A stretch of 63,648 bases of DNA, counting the filler, from Reclinomonas americana ATCC 50394 (Eukaryota): NCBI GenBank assembly GCA_048213135.1. It is 4 parts of 4 records of this genome, joined end to end, with 100 filler letters (N's around TTAATTAATTAA, not from the genome) between each part and the next. Parts side by side here need not be neighbours in the genome. Positions count along the whole stretch, not along the records: positions 19,901 to 51,854 come from PS015886.1; 3 more parts are not named here. The stretch is one strand, 5' to 3'. Under the pieces are notes generated by a model that searched no databases, was not told where the DNA came from, and saw only the letters and a program-made list of their open reading frames with translations. Made by a program: the position numbers and the translations under genes. Of this stretch, positions 24,466 to 41,332 are shown piece after piece (position 1 is the stretch's first letter; every line of letters starts with the position of its first letter).

Positions 24466-27400
24466 NCAGGGGAAGCTCACACCCTCTCATGCAGCCAACA
24501 CACCAGTGCGTCCAAGTGGTTCTGCTGGTACGTGTAGAAGTGGATGTTGGTGGCAAGTTCTTGAACAAACTCGTCGCCGTGCAGCGGGTACCGTTCGAGC
24601 TGTAGATGTGGTGACAGTGTGAGCCATCGACAAGCTGCACACTGACGCCCGAGTCGGCACACCCACCAGTCTCAGTCGTCTCTCGTTCAACACTTTGCGG
24701 ATCACTCGAGCAATCTGTGGCACAGGGAACGAGAGTCAGCTGTGGTGCGCTTGCTGACAGGGGAGATTACGAAACTCCACCGGCCGAGAAACCCTCGGTG
24801 CAAAAGGCGAGATTCTCGCCCTCCGTAGGTGTCCCCAGCTTGCCACCGTACTGCATCATCACAGAGAGAGAGGAGGGGGGGGGGAATGAGCGTTGCTGTT
24901 ATCGACGCAGACAGACAGTGTCGCTGCCACTCACTCGCTGAATCAGGTGGTTCCACAACACCACACGCGATCCGTACGCTGGTGGTGCCACAAAGATCTG
25001 CTTCTCGAACGCAGCAAGTCCCTTCTCGTTTCCGGCAAAGTTGCTGGTGTTTCCGATGAGAATCACGCGGGGCGTGACCTCCTTGCCCGTCAGTGGATTC
25101 AGCACCGGCTTGCCGAGCAGTGCCAGCACATCAGCCTTTACGCGAGTTGGGTCCTCCACTGGTTCTCCAGAGGCACCCGGATCGGCGGCCGCCTTGGCAC
25201 CCTTCTTGCCCTTTTTGCCCTTTTTGCCCTTCTGCTCGTACACTTGCGCGTGTGAGATGATATCATGACAGACAAAGTGGAAAATGCAAGATCAACGCAC
25301 CCCCTTGCCGCCAGCGCCACCCGAAAACACCTTGTCGGCGTCGTCAATGTAGATCACGGCACAGTTGTTGAATTGAGCGGCCAGCTGTACAGTGTTGCGT
25401 GATGAGACAAGCGCGGAGTAATCGAGAGAGCAGTCGCCTCTTGCTCACCAAGAAAATACTCTCCACCATGAACTTGGTGGCACTCGGACTCTCGTTGAAC
25501 TTGCCCTGTGGGGCAGGTATCCGTGTTAGCAGTCAGTCGCACGTAACTTAACAACGGCGCTGGTTTAACAAACCCGCAAGTTGGTGGGGCTCAGGTCGAA
25601 GAACATGGCGCCCGTCTCCGTGGCAATCGCCCTCGACAGCATGGTCTTGCCGGAACCGCGAGGTCCATACAGCAGGACCGACTTGGGCGAGCGAGCGTAC
25701 AGCAGGTCGCAGCCGAGCGGCAAGATGGCGTACTCGACACACAACTGTACGCATTCGTGAGACGAAAGCGTGCAAGACAGAGTGAACTCGTCGTCAGGCG
25801 AACCTCGCGGACTTGCGCCAAGCTGGGACTGTTGAACTCGGGCTCTGCCTCGTCCATGGCCTTCTGCTGCTCCTCAAGGATCTGCTTGCCAATCGGGTAC
25901 TCGGTGGTGAAGTCGTCGCCCAGCAGCTTGGGGGCGTCGGGCTTGTTGGATTTCTTGCCACCTGCGAGCGATGAACGAGGTGAGATCGAGACGGATTCGT
26001 TGGAAAAGAGCCGAGCAGCACGCACCCTTCTTGCCGCCCTTCTTGCCACCTTTGCCGCCCTTCTTGCCGCCATCTTCCCCACTCTCGGCGTTCTTCGCGG
26101 CCTGCATCTTCTCGGCCTTGGCGCGCACAGCGTCCTCTTGCAACTTGGCCACGTGATCGTAGGTGCCGAGGAACTCGGCCATGTGCACCGGCGGCACCTA
26201 CACGTAGAGGCGCGGTAAGTCTTTTCGACGCGCTGTGCTTGCGATGGGAGAAAGAGAAAAGACGCAACACGCTTGAGAATGCCCTTGGCCAGCACCTCGG
26301 TGAAGCGCTTGCGCTCCGCATCCTCCGCCTGCTTGCGCAGAATCGCGGGGTCGATAGCCGGCGCAGCGGATTCCTCTGCTTTGCCCTTTTTGCCCTTGGC
26401 ACCCTTCTTGCCTGCTCACACCAGGATGCAGTGAGCAACGGGGAGACTCGTGTATGCTTGGTGGCCACAAAACCGACACGCACCCTTTTTCTCCTTGCCC
26501 TTCTTGCCTGTTTCGGGAGAAGCGACGAGAATGAGAGACCTGTTCACCTACCCTTCCCCCATAACAGACGTACCCTTCTTTCCCTTGCCCTTCTTGTCGC
26601 CGCCACCATCGCCGGTCAACTGCGCCCGCAAGTTCTCCAACTCCATGCGCAGAATGGTGTCCACTTGTCGCTCAAACTACATCACAGCGTGTCAGCTCGA
26701 CGGGCGACACTGACTACGCTCCGAGCCTGCACACATGCGCACCTCGTTGCGAATGCGGCCGTCGATCCCGCTGCGCACGAGGCGCACCTCGGGATGCTGC
26801 GGACGGTCGAGACCCTCACGCACTCCGGACTCCCACTTGTCGCCGTACTCGGCCAGCCTGCACCACGACGAGCACATTGATTGTGAGCGACCACTGATGA
26901 CTGACACCTCACCACTTACTGCACACACGCGCGAACCCCTGTTGAATGCGCCTGGTGATCTCGTCGTCCATCGCTCCCGGATCCTTCTCCTCCTCGCCCT
27001 CCGCGGCTCCCTTCTTCTTGCCCTTCTTACCCTTCTTGCCCTTCTTCCCTTTCTTCCCCTTCTTCTCGCCGTCCTTCTTGCCCTTCTTGCCTTTCTTGCC
27101 CTTCTTGCCACCCTTCTTGTCGCCCTCCTCGTCGTCACCAGCCGCGCTCTTGTACTTGTCCGGGTTCTTGAGCATGTCTTGCGTGACAAGGTAGCCGACT
27201 TGGGCATCTGTGGTCTCCGCCATGTCCATGATCTGGCCCGTCTCCACATAGTTGTCGACCACTGTGGCAATGAAATCCACCCGCTGCTGGTGCACGAAGC
27301 GCTGGCCCAACTCGGCTCGGATACTGTATGCATGTGTGAGCGTGTGAGGTTGGAGTGTGTTGTGCGAGAAAAACGGCTGCACATGAGTGAGAAACGCACC

Positions 27401-28838
27401 GCTCTTCCTCCACCACCTCCATGCGCTTCAGCTCCAGTTCGGCCTGTTCTTGGCGCACCTTGCGCTGCGTGCGAATGGTGCCGTGCACGCGCTCGGGATC
27501 CGTGTCGGGATTGACGGGCTTGGGTTCCATGCCTGGCCATCGGAGAAAAGTCAACTCGAGGTTCGAGCAAATACACACCAACACCGAGCTCACCGAGGAA
27601 AATCAGCTCTGCTGAACGCAAGGCTGCTGTCTTCTTCCTCGCCATGTACATGCGGAAACTGCGCGCAAGAAGAGGAGCAAGTCAGCGACACTGCTGCTGC
27701 TGCTTTTGCATCTCCTTGAACGCAACGCTCGGTGGATTTTCGTTGCGGCATCGTCGGGATGCATGCGGTTCGGCAGCTCGTCGCTGTCAGTGCCAAGCTC
27801 AAAGTCGTCAAACCTGCGATCCGCACACACATGGTGAGACGACTTGTTCACTCGCTGCTTCACCGCTGGGCACACGCCACGCACCGAATGTCTCGAATCA
27901 CACGGAATCGGTGACGGGCTTGGCGACCGCGCTCGTTCCGCTGCAGAATGGCCACAGCCGCCTCTGGTGTCAGCCGTGGCACGAGGCGGCCGTATGGGTC
28001 GCGCTCGTAGGCAGAGTCGGGGTTCTGCGGCACTGTCGATGCGTCGACCTTCAGCAGGTCGTGATCGTCGAGATCCTCGTCCGGCACATTGTACGTGCGC
28101 ACCACCAAATCCTGCACAGCGGCTGCTCTTCAGCACAACAGCTCTGCCCCTGCCGGTGGCCAAGTACAACGAGGCACGCAACAATGTAATCCTTCTTCTG
28201 CTGCATGACCTTGTTCTCCTCCACAAAGTAGTGCGGCACGGGCACTTGCAGTACCTCGGGAGTCAGCTGCAGATCACTGATGACATCGTCAAAGTTGGGA
28301 TACTCGCCACGCAGCATCACCAAGCGCTGAGTGCTGACGGTGAGTACGGTGGATCGACAGCGCAGTGCAAGGTGAGAGACGCACCCGACGGTACTCGACC
28401 GTTCGCACAATAAGTGCGTCGAGCAAGGCGCGGATTGTCTTGCGCTTCTGCGGCTGAATGGTCTGATCGTGAGCGGCCTCCAGTCGGCGCATGATGCGCA
28501 GGTGGGTCACATAGAGGCGAGCTTGGTGCGGGATCTGGAACTCGGGTTTCTGTGGCGCGCGCGCGTGTGTGTGTGAGACAGAGAGACAACACTACAGAAA
28601 CCGACAGTGCGTTTCTCACGCACATCGAACTGAGGGCCGTAGCGCTCCGGTGCCAGGGCATCCTCGCGGGCGCAGCTGGTGAGGTCTTCGATGCCCTCTT
28701 GCAACGCAGTGTCAAACGTGCTGTACGGAGACGATCACACAGTGAGGCGGCAAGCAAGTACGCATGACACTCAGCACAAACAGACAGATAGCGCGCTTGT
28801 GGCAGCAAGGCGGAGGGGGGAACATACCGATTGGACAT
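24466..28838 (-). CDS. IQCA1: IQ and AAA domain-containing protein (dynein regulatory complex subunit 11), 3' end in gap
   Basis: MSNR start; [47 protein letters not shown]-like [15 protein letters not shown] and [15 protein letters not shown]-rich linkers; Walker [34 protein letters not shown]. Confidence 0.92.
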
Positions 28839-29161
28839 GGTACTGAGCTCCACGCCACCGGCGTGTCAGGTCGCTGAGTATAACGTCTCGCCCGCGTCTG
28901 TCGATCCAACCGACCAACTCGGTGAACATTGGCGGTCTGTAAAGTCTGTCTGTGCACATTCCCTTCTCGCTGGAGCAACACTCACGCACCTGCCCGGAAC
29001 ACTTCCCCTTCCGTGTTGCACCTCCTCGTTGGACTCCAATCCACCAAGTCATCAACTTGGTTGCGTCAGCGCATTCCGTCGATTCGCGGGTCGTGCGTTT
29101 CTCGCGCGACTCTCACATTGGAAACGCAGTTTTTCCCCGCGCGAAATCAAACCTTGCGTGG

Positions 29162-29966
29162 ATGGCGCTCACTCGCTCCACTGGAGAGACGCGCCTGCTG
29201 CCGTCTATCGTAGCCACGGACCATCACGAGGTGCGGAAATGGCGTGACGGCGCCATATTCTGGCATGCGGACCGTCGTGCTTCGGAACCGCTGCTGGATC
29301 ACAGCATGGTGCTGTCGCCGCTGGTGGCCCGCGCGGAACGCGAGGATAAGTTCAGTACGCCAGTGGACAGTCGCATGAAGAGGGCTCCGGCTGCACTGTT
29401 TGGCACAACCACGCGCGCCGTGTCACCTCCGATCATTCGCTGGCCCGCAAAAGGTACACACGTGAGATGGGCAGAGCTGTGACCCGCGAGTGCTCACTCC
29501 TGTGCCTCCTGCGCGGCAGCCGAGAGCACAAGCCCCGACAATCGCAGCAAGCGCAGCAATTCGGTGACCGAGTCATCGGGGCGGCGCAAAAGCGCCAATC
29601 GCGACAAGGCGATGCTCTCGCAGTCGCTGCAGTTCCGCCAGCGCAACATGGACGACTCGCAGGAGGCCCGCACGTCGTGGCTGCTTGGTTGCGTGCCTTA
29701 CCGCAAGTGATCCTTGTGTCAGTCACACTTCGTCATCGTCGATGTCTCTGATCCGCAGGAACGGTGACCGCCACCACTGGGTGCGAATGCGTCTCGAGGA
29801 GAGCACTGGGTTGCGTCGTCGTCGCTGATGATGACTCCCGCAGTGAACCGCGTACTGACTGTCGTCCGCAGTACCCACTCCGGCGCCGACCGACTACCAA
29901 CCGCAACGAGTGCAAGCCAGGTCGCCCGCACATCGCTTCACCACCACCAAGCGCTTCCCGGCGTGA
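29162..29966 (+). CDS. Small protein with SHIPPO/STPG(ODF3)-repeat-like segments
   Basis: Four phase-consistent exons. Motifs KRAPAALFGTTTR and PTPAPTDYQP...SPAHRFTTTKRF* resemble SHIPPO-type repeats. Divergent from IQCA1. Confidence 0.5.
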
Positions 29967-30425
29967 GCGCGTCTCTCCGTCCCCCCATTCGCCACTCACA
30001 AAAGGCGAATAAATGTAAAACAGCAGCACGGCAAGAATGTGAGCAGTACGTAGTTGTGATCTCTTCACTGCACCTGGCGGGTCCGTGCCGGCGTCGAGTC
30101 GTGTTCCACCCACGTGGTGGCCGGCGAGTGTGTTGACGTGTGAAAGTGGTGATGGGTGAAATGGAGGGTGTCGCTTTGGATCGGCAATGTCGACGACGAC
30201 GACGACACCAACTCCAACACGGCGGCATCGCCAACAGTAGCAGCAGCAGCCGCGGCAACGGACGAAGAGGAGGAGGCGGAGGAGTTGACGGTGGCGGGAG
30301 AGGACAGGTGGAGAGAGGAGAGATGTAGTGGAGAAAAGGCGGCCGCGAGATGCGGCGACGGCAATGATGGCGGGGGTGGCGGTGGCGGCGGCGAAGACGA
30401 GGCCTCGTCGCTGTCACTCGGCACC

Positions 30426-31869
30426 TCACTTCGACTTCTTCGTGTCGACTGGCGCGGCGGCTGGCTTTGACTTTTCGGCCTTCTTGTCGGACTTGGACTT
30501 CTTCTTGCCCGAGCCAGAAGCTGCGGCATAGAGAAAAAATTGAAGAATGATCACGCCCGAGAGCGTGCAGGCAGCCAGCGAGCTGAGCTTGACTGCGCAG
30601 GAGCACAAGGTATCGTCATGCATGTGGGCGAGAAGAGACAGAGAGAGTGCAGCATGGAGGTACGCAACGGAGAGCGTCGGGGGCCTCCTTGAAGGTGGTG
30701 AACACGCGGGCTGCATGCGGAGACGCGAGTGAGACGGAGGCAGAGGGAGAGGCTGATAAGTATGCAGGCTGCGCACCGAGCGTGCCAAAGAACTGCAGGC
30801 CGCACGTGATGATGCTGAGCTCGCCAGTGCTTTGTGCCTGCGCTCGGCGGTGAGGCAGCGTGCGCTCAAGAGAAAAGCGAGCAAACTCACCGAGTAGTTG
30901 GCCCAGATCTGCGTGACACGCGAGGCAATCAGCATGACAATCGACGTGGCCTGCATGGTCTCCAGCAAGCCCATCGGCAGCACAGTGCACATGACACCGC
31001 AGGCGGCGACAAAGCTGCACGGATACACACACGTGTTTTGTCAGAGGCAGAAAGAGCAGCAAGAGGGCAGAAATACTTTGAGGAAGAAGAACAGACCCCG
31101 CCGTAATCAGGTACGACACGGAGACGCGGTTCGGGTACTCGTAGCGGTAGATGAGCATGATAATGATCAAGTCTTGGGCGAGTGGAGGGGGGAACACAGT
31201 GTGAGCATGAAACTCGGAAGAATGCATGCACACACACAGAGTGCACGTTACCAAAGAGCAGCACAAAGAAGGAATCGCCAAACGTGTTGAGCGGGTACCC
31301 GCGGCGCAAGCTGAACGCGAACACCGTCAACGCTCTACACACAAGACCCCAAGTCACACACAACTGCAAAGAGGCGACAACAAGACAACAAAGCGCGCAA
31401 CGGGTACGCCTCCAACACCGTCGACAGAAGCGACACTCCACGAGCACTGCGCTTGCTGACGATCTTTTGCACTTGCGGAACCTAACAATAGCACACTGGA
31501 TGAGGCAGAGAGACACACACACTTGCACAAATGAGAGAGACACGTGGTCGCCACCTTGAAGAACATGGAGCCCGCCACGACCGCATATCCGATAATCTTG
31601 CTGAGCAGCAGCGACAGACACTCGCCATGTGAGACGCACGCACACACACAAACAACAGAGACAAGAGTCAAGGAGGCCACAGTGAGAGAGACAGAGACAC
31701 ACACGCGCGTGCATGCATGCATGCAAAGGATATCAGTAAAATGCCCGTCGACAAAGAGTCGCGTGTGACACTTCTCGCCCAGAACGCTGACCAACAAGCT
31801 CGCTGTACGCGCAGGTATGTAAGCCTCTCACAAACAACTGAAGTGTGCACGCTCTCTGCGCTCACCCAT
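30426..31869 (-). CDS. MPDU1: Mannose-P-dolichol utilization defect 1 (PQ-loop protein), intact copy
   Basis: MASLLVSVLGEKCHTRLFVDGHFTDGECLSLLLSKIIGYAVVAGSMFFKVPQVQKIVSKRSARGVS...GYPLNTFGD...SRVTQIWANYSAQSTGELSIIT...ARVFTTFKE; C-terminal KKSK (dilysine-like). Confidence 0.92.
31629..31733 (-). other. U12-type (minor spliceosome) AT-AC intron in MPDU1
   Basis: 5' end ATATCCTTTG, branch-like TCCTTGAC (31674-31667), 3' end CAC. Removal restores FVDGHFTD-GECLSLLLSK in frame. Confidence 0.88.
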
Positions 31870-31937
31870 TGCAACAAACGTAAGAAGTTAGTCTGAGGAG
31901 AAATTTCCCTCGTCGCTCTTGTGTTGTCTTTCCTCTC

Positions 31938-32456
31938 ATGAGCGTTGTGCTGCAGTGTGGCAACGGTGTGTCTGTGCGAACAGGTGCCTGCATTGCGCGA
32001 CAAATGGGACTATGCGCGGGCATGCTGCAGGAGCATCGCAAGGAGGAGGAGGAAGAAGAGGTTGTGTTGCCGGTGCCTGGAGTGAGCAACGATCGCGTGT
32101 TGCGCGTGGTGCTGGCGTGCTTGAGTGTGAGCACTGGCGAGTGTGAGGACGAGTGTGTGATGAGGGCGTGTCGTGCGGAGGGAGGGGTGTCGCTGGTGGC
32201 GGTGCTGATGGCGGTGAACTACTTGGATGTTCCGAGCGTGTTGGCAACTGCGGCGAGGTGTGTGGCGCGGGAGACAAGAGGGTTGACAGTGCGTGAGGTG
32301 CGGCGATGGGCGGGCGTGGAGGAGGAGAGGGAGGAAGGACAGGAGGAGCCGCAGGCGGTGCGGGTGGTCGAGGCGTTGAGGAGGAGAAGGAGGCGATTGG
32401 CGCGAGTGGTGGCCGAGAGTCGAGGCGAGGCGTATGATGATGATGAGCACGAGTAA
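31938..32456 (+). CDS. Divergent Skp1-family (BTB/POZ) protein, intronless
   Basis: Skp1-like motifs VVLQCGNG, VLPVPGVSNDRVLRVVL, LMAVNYLDVPSVLATAARCVARETRGLTVREVRRW. Confidence 0.75.
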   Translation: MSVVLQCGNGVSVRTGACIARQMGLCAGMLQEHRKEEEEEEVVLPVPGVSNDRVLRVVLACLSVSTGECEDECVMRACRAEGGVSLVAVLMAVNYLDVPSVLATAARCVARETRGLTVREVRRWAGVEEEREEGQEEPQAVRVVEALRRRRRRLARVVAESRGEAYDDDEHE

Positions 32457-32534
32457 AAGACACAATTCGTTGTTTGTTGTTTACAAGAGGATGAGGGGGG
32501 CCAGCAGCGTGCCAGCAGCAATCGCTCTCCCGTC

Positions 32535-32755
32535 TCACAGACCCAGACCGTAGACGGTGACAAACACCGACAGTGTCTCTGTTTCGTACTCCACCGTCAC
32601 TTGGCCTGAAGGAGGGAGGGAGGGCGGTGAGCATCGAAACAGGGGAAAAGGGGAGAGGAATGCGCGCGCGCGCGCACCGTCTTGTCGTGGATCCCATGAT
32701 GCCACATCGGCCACATGCAAACCGGCGCCAACTCGTTGCGACAAGTGGCATGTCA
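32535..32755 (-). pseudogene. 3' fragment (last two exons) of the Tctex-1 gene
   Basis: Encodes TCHLSQRVGAGLHVADVASWDPRQDGQVTVEYETETLSVFVTVYGLGL*. Upstream exons are absent because the duplication ends at ~33010. Confidence 0.8.
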
Positions 32756-33954
32756 CTGGGAGGGAGGGATAAGGGTGAGCGATGAAGAGAAGGAAGGGAC
32801 GCGGAAGAGGAGCAGGGAAGGAAAAGAGAAAGAAAGAGCAAGTAGAACTGAATGGAACAAGGAGAGATGCTCCATGCCTTGCAGCGAGAGGACAAGCATG
32901 TGTGTATGTGAGTATGTGAGAAGGAGAGAGAGAGAGAGAGTGACAGAGAGACGATGACAGAGAGACGAACAGCTGTAGGAGGAAGAGAAAACAACGAAAG
33001 ACGAACGACATCTTGTGAGAGTCCATGAGGAGAACCCTCTGATGACCATTGTCGATGCCCTTATGACTGGGGACGCTGCGGTGACAAGCCTGAGAGAGGC
33101 GAATGCAGCTCGTGACATTGTGCCGCTGAGTGCGAGATCTCGGCTGTCTCCTGCAGCTGTGCACGCCGCCAACCGCACCCACTGCAGCGGTGTCTACCGC
33201 TGCCGCAGCCTCCATAGCACGAGCTCTAGCATGCTCAACAGTCAGCAGCGCATGAGCAGGGGGTGGTGGTGGTGGTGGTGATGGTGATGGCATCAGCATT
33301 CATCCGGCAGAGTGTGATCCCGAGTTGTCTCTCTCACTCTCCACCTCTGGGTCTCACTCTTCATGTGCGCAGCCCGGCCGTGCTTGAAAACTGCAGGTCC
33401 ACTTGTGTGTGTCGTTTGAGTTCACATGCAATCCCTTCGTAGGCCTTCGTAATTTGCGATTGATCCAATTGCGATGAGTTTTTTGTATCGTATATTGTCC
33501 GCCACACCAGCCCGCAACCTGCCCAGAAGACCCCACAACTTGTTGTGCTTTCAACAACGAGCGTGCGCATCGCCGGCTCCATGTGGAAGTCTGGGTGGAA
33601 TCCTTTTCAACGCAAACAAGAGTCGCCACCTCCTCAGGCTGATGAAGCTGCAGTTGGTGTGCTTCGTTGACATGCGTGCTTAGCCGACACAATCATGGTG
33701 ACTGATATCTCCTTGACCTCAGCTGCATTTAAGCTTGCCACCAGCCTCAGTGGAGCTGACGGAATGATCCGCTATTTTTGGGGTCTGTGACTCGATGCAT
33801 ACACACGCACGTTCATACACACACATACACACTTGCACATACACACGCACACACACGCACACACACGCGCGCACACACACGCACACGCGCACGAACGCGA
33901 GCGAATCCTCATTTCTGACATGATCGCGTCACTGCATCAGAACCCGTTCGTTCC

Positions 33955-40680
<6,726 letters not shown>

Positions 40681-41332
40681 GCTTTTGGCACTGGTCGAGT
40701 AAGCGTGTATGCAGATGCATATGGCAGTTGTAACATTAAATCGTCGCGTTGATCTTACTCCGCAGCACGGTACCGCCTCACCCAGCTACCTCACATGTGT
40801 ATAGTTAGTTATGTTACTCACTGCTGTTGTGGTGATCAGTCAAGAAGGCTTATAATTACGCAGACGATCGCGACGATCGAGACACGGAGCAAGACGCGAG
40901 CACGAGTCTGGAACGACTGCGAAGACAGACGGACGGCGACTAGTCGAATGCTTTCATGTGACCACCCCCCGCAACAACGCCGCTGCCTTCGGGCATGCGC
41001 AACTGACCACCTCAAGCGTCGATTTTGCGCCATTGCGTTTTAGTCAACAGCGCCTTTGCTGAAACTTTGCACATGAAGTCCTGCAGCTAGCGCTGGACCA
41101 CATCAGCCAGCACGCGATTGCTTGGCTTTGCCTCCTGAAAGGGAATGACTGTTTGGAGAAGAAAATGGTTGTGCTCTGGTCATTGTCGGCAAGGGATTTG
41201 ATATCGCGTGTGTTTTGTTTGTTTCAAATTGAAGGCGCAAAGCTACACAATGTCGCAGTGCGCGCTCACATATCGCGATCGATAGTGCGGCCCGATCTCT
41301 CGAGAGCTCGGCACGCCATACGTATACCGGTA

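Larger units (their letters stand above)
31025..33010. repeat. Left copy of ~2 kb direct segmental duplication
   Basis: Colinear and highly similar to 48199-50611, from ACACACGTGTTTTGTCAGAGG to GAAAGACGAACGACA. Confidence 0.95.

Noticed and set aside
30010..30425. Low-complexity ORFs on both strands downstream of MPDU1
   Set aside because: GCC/GAG/GAC-rich sequence between two convergent stops; no splice-consistent model or homology. Probably UTR.
31629..31733. Initial reading as a GC-donor or GAG-acceptor intron, or an in-frame insertion, in MPDU1
   Set aside because: AT-AC boundaries with U12 consensus signals explain frame and alignment better.
32535..32760. CGRC motif suggesting a LITAF-like zinc ribbon
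   Set aside because: Wrong frame; the correct frame is the Tctex-1 C-terminus.
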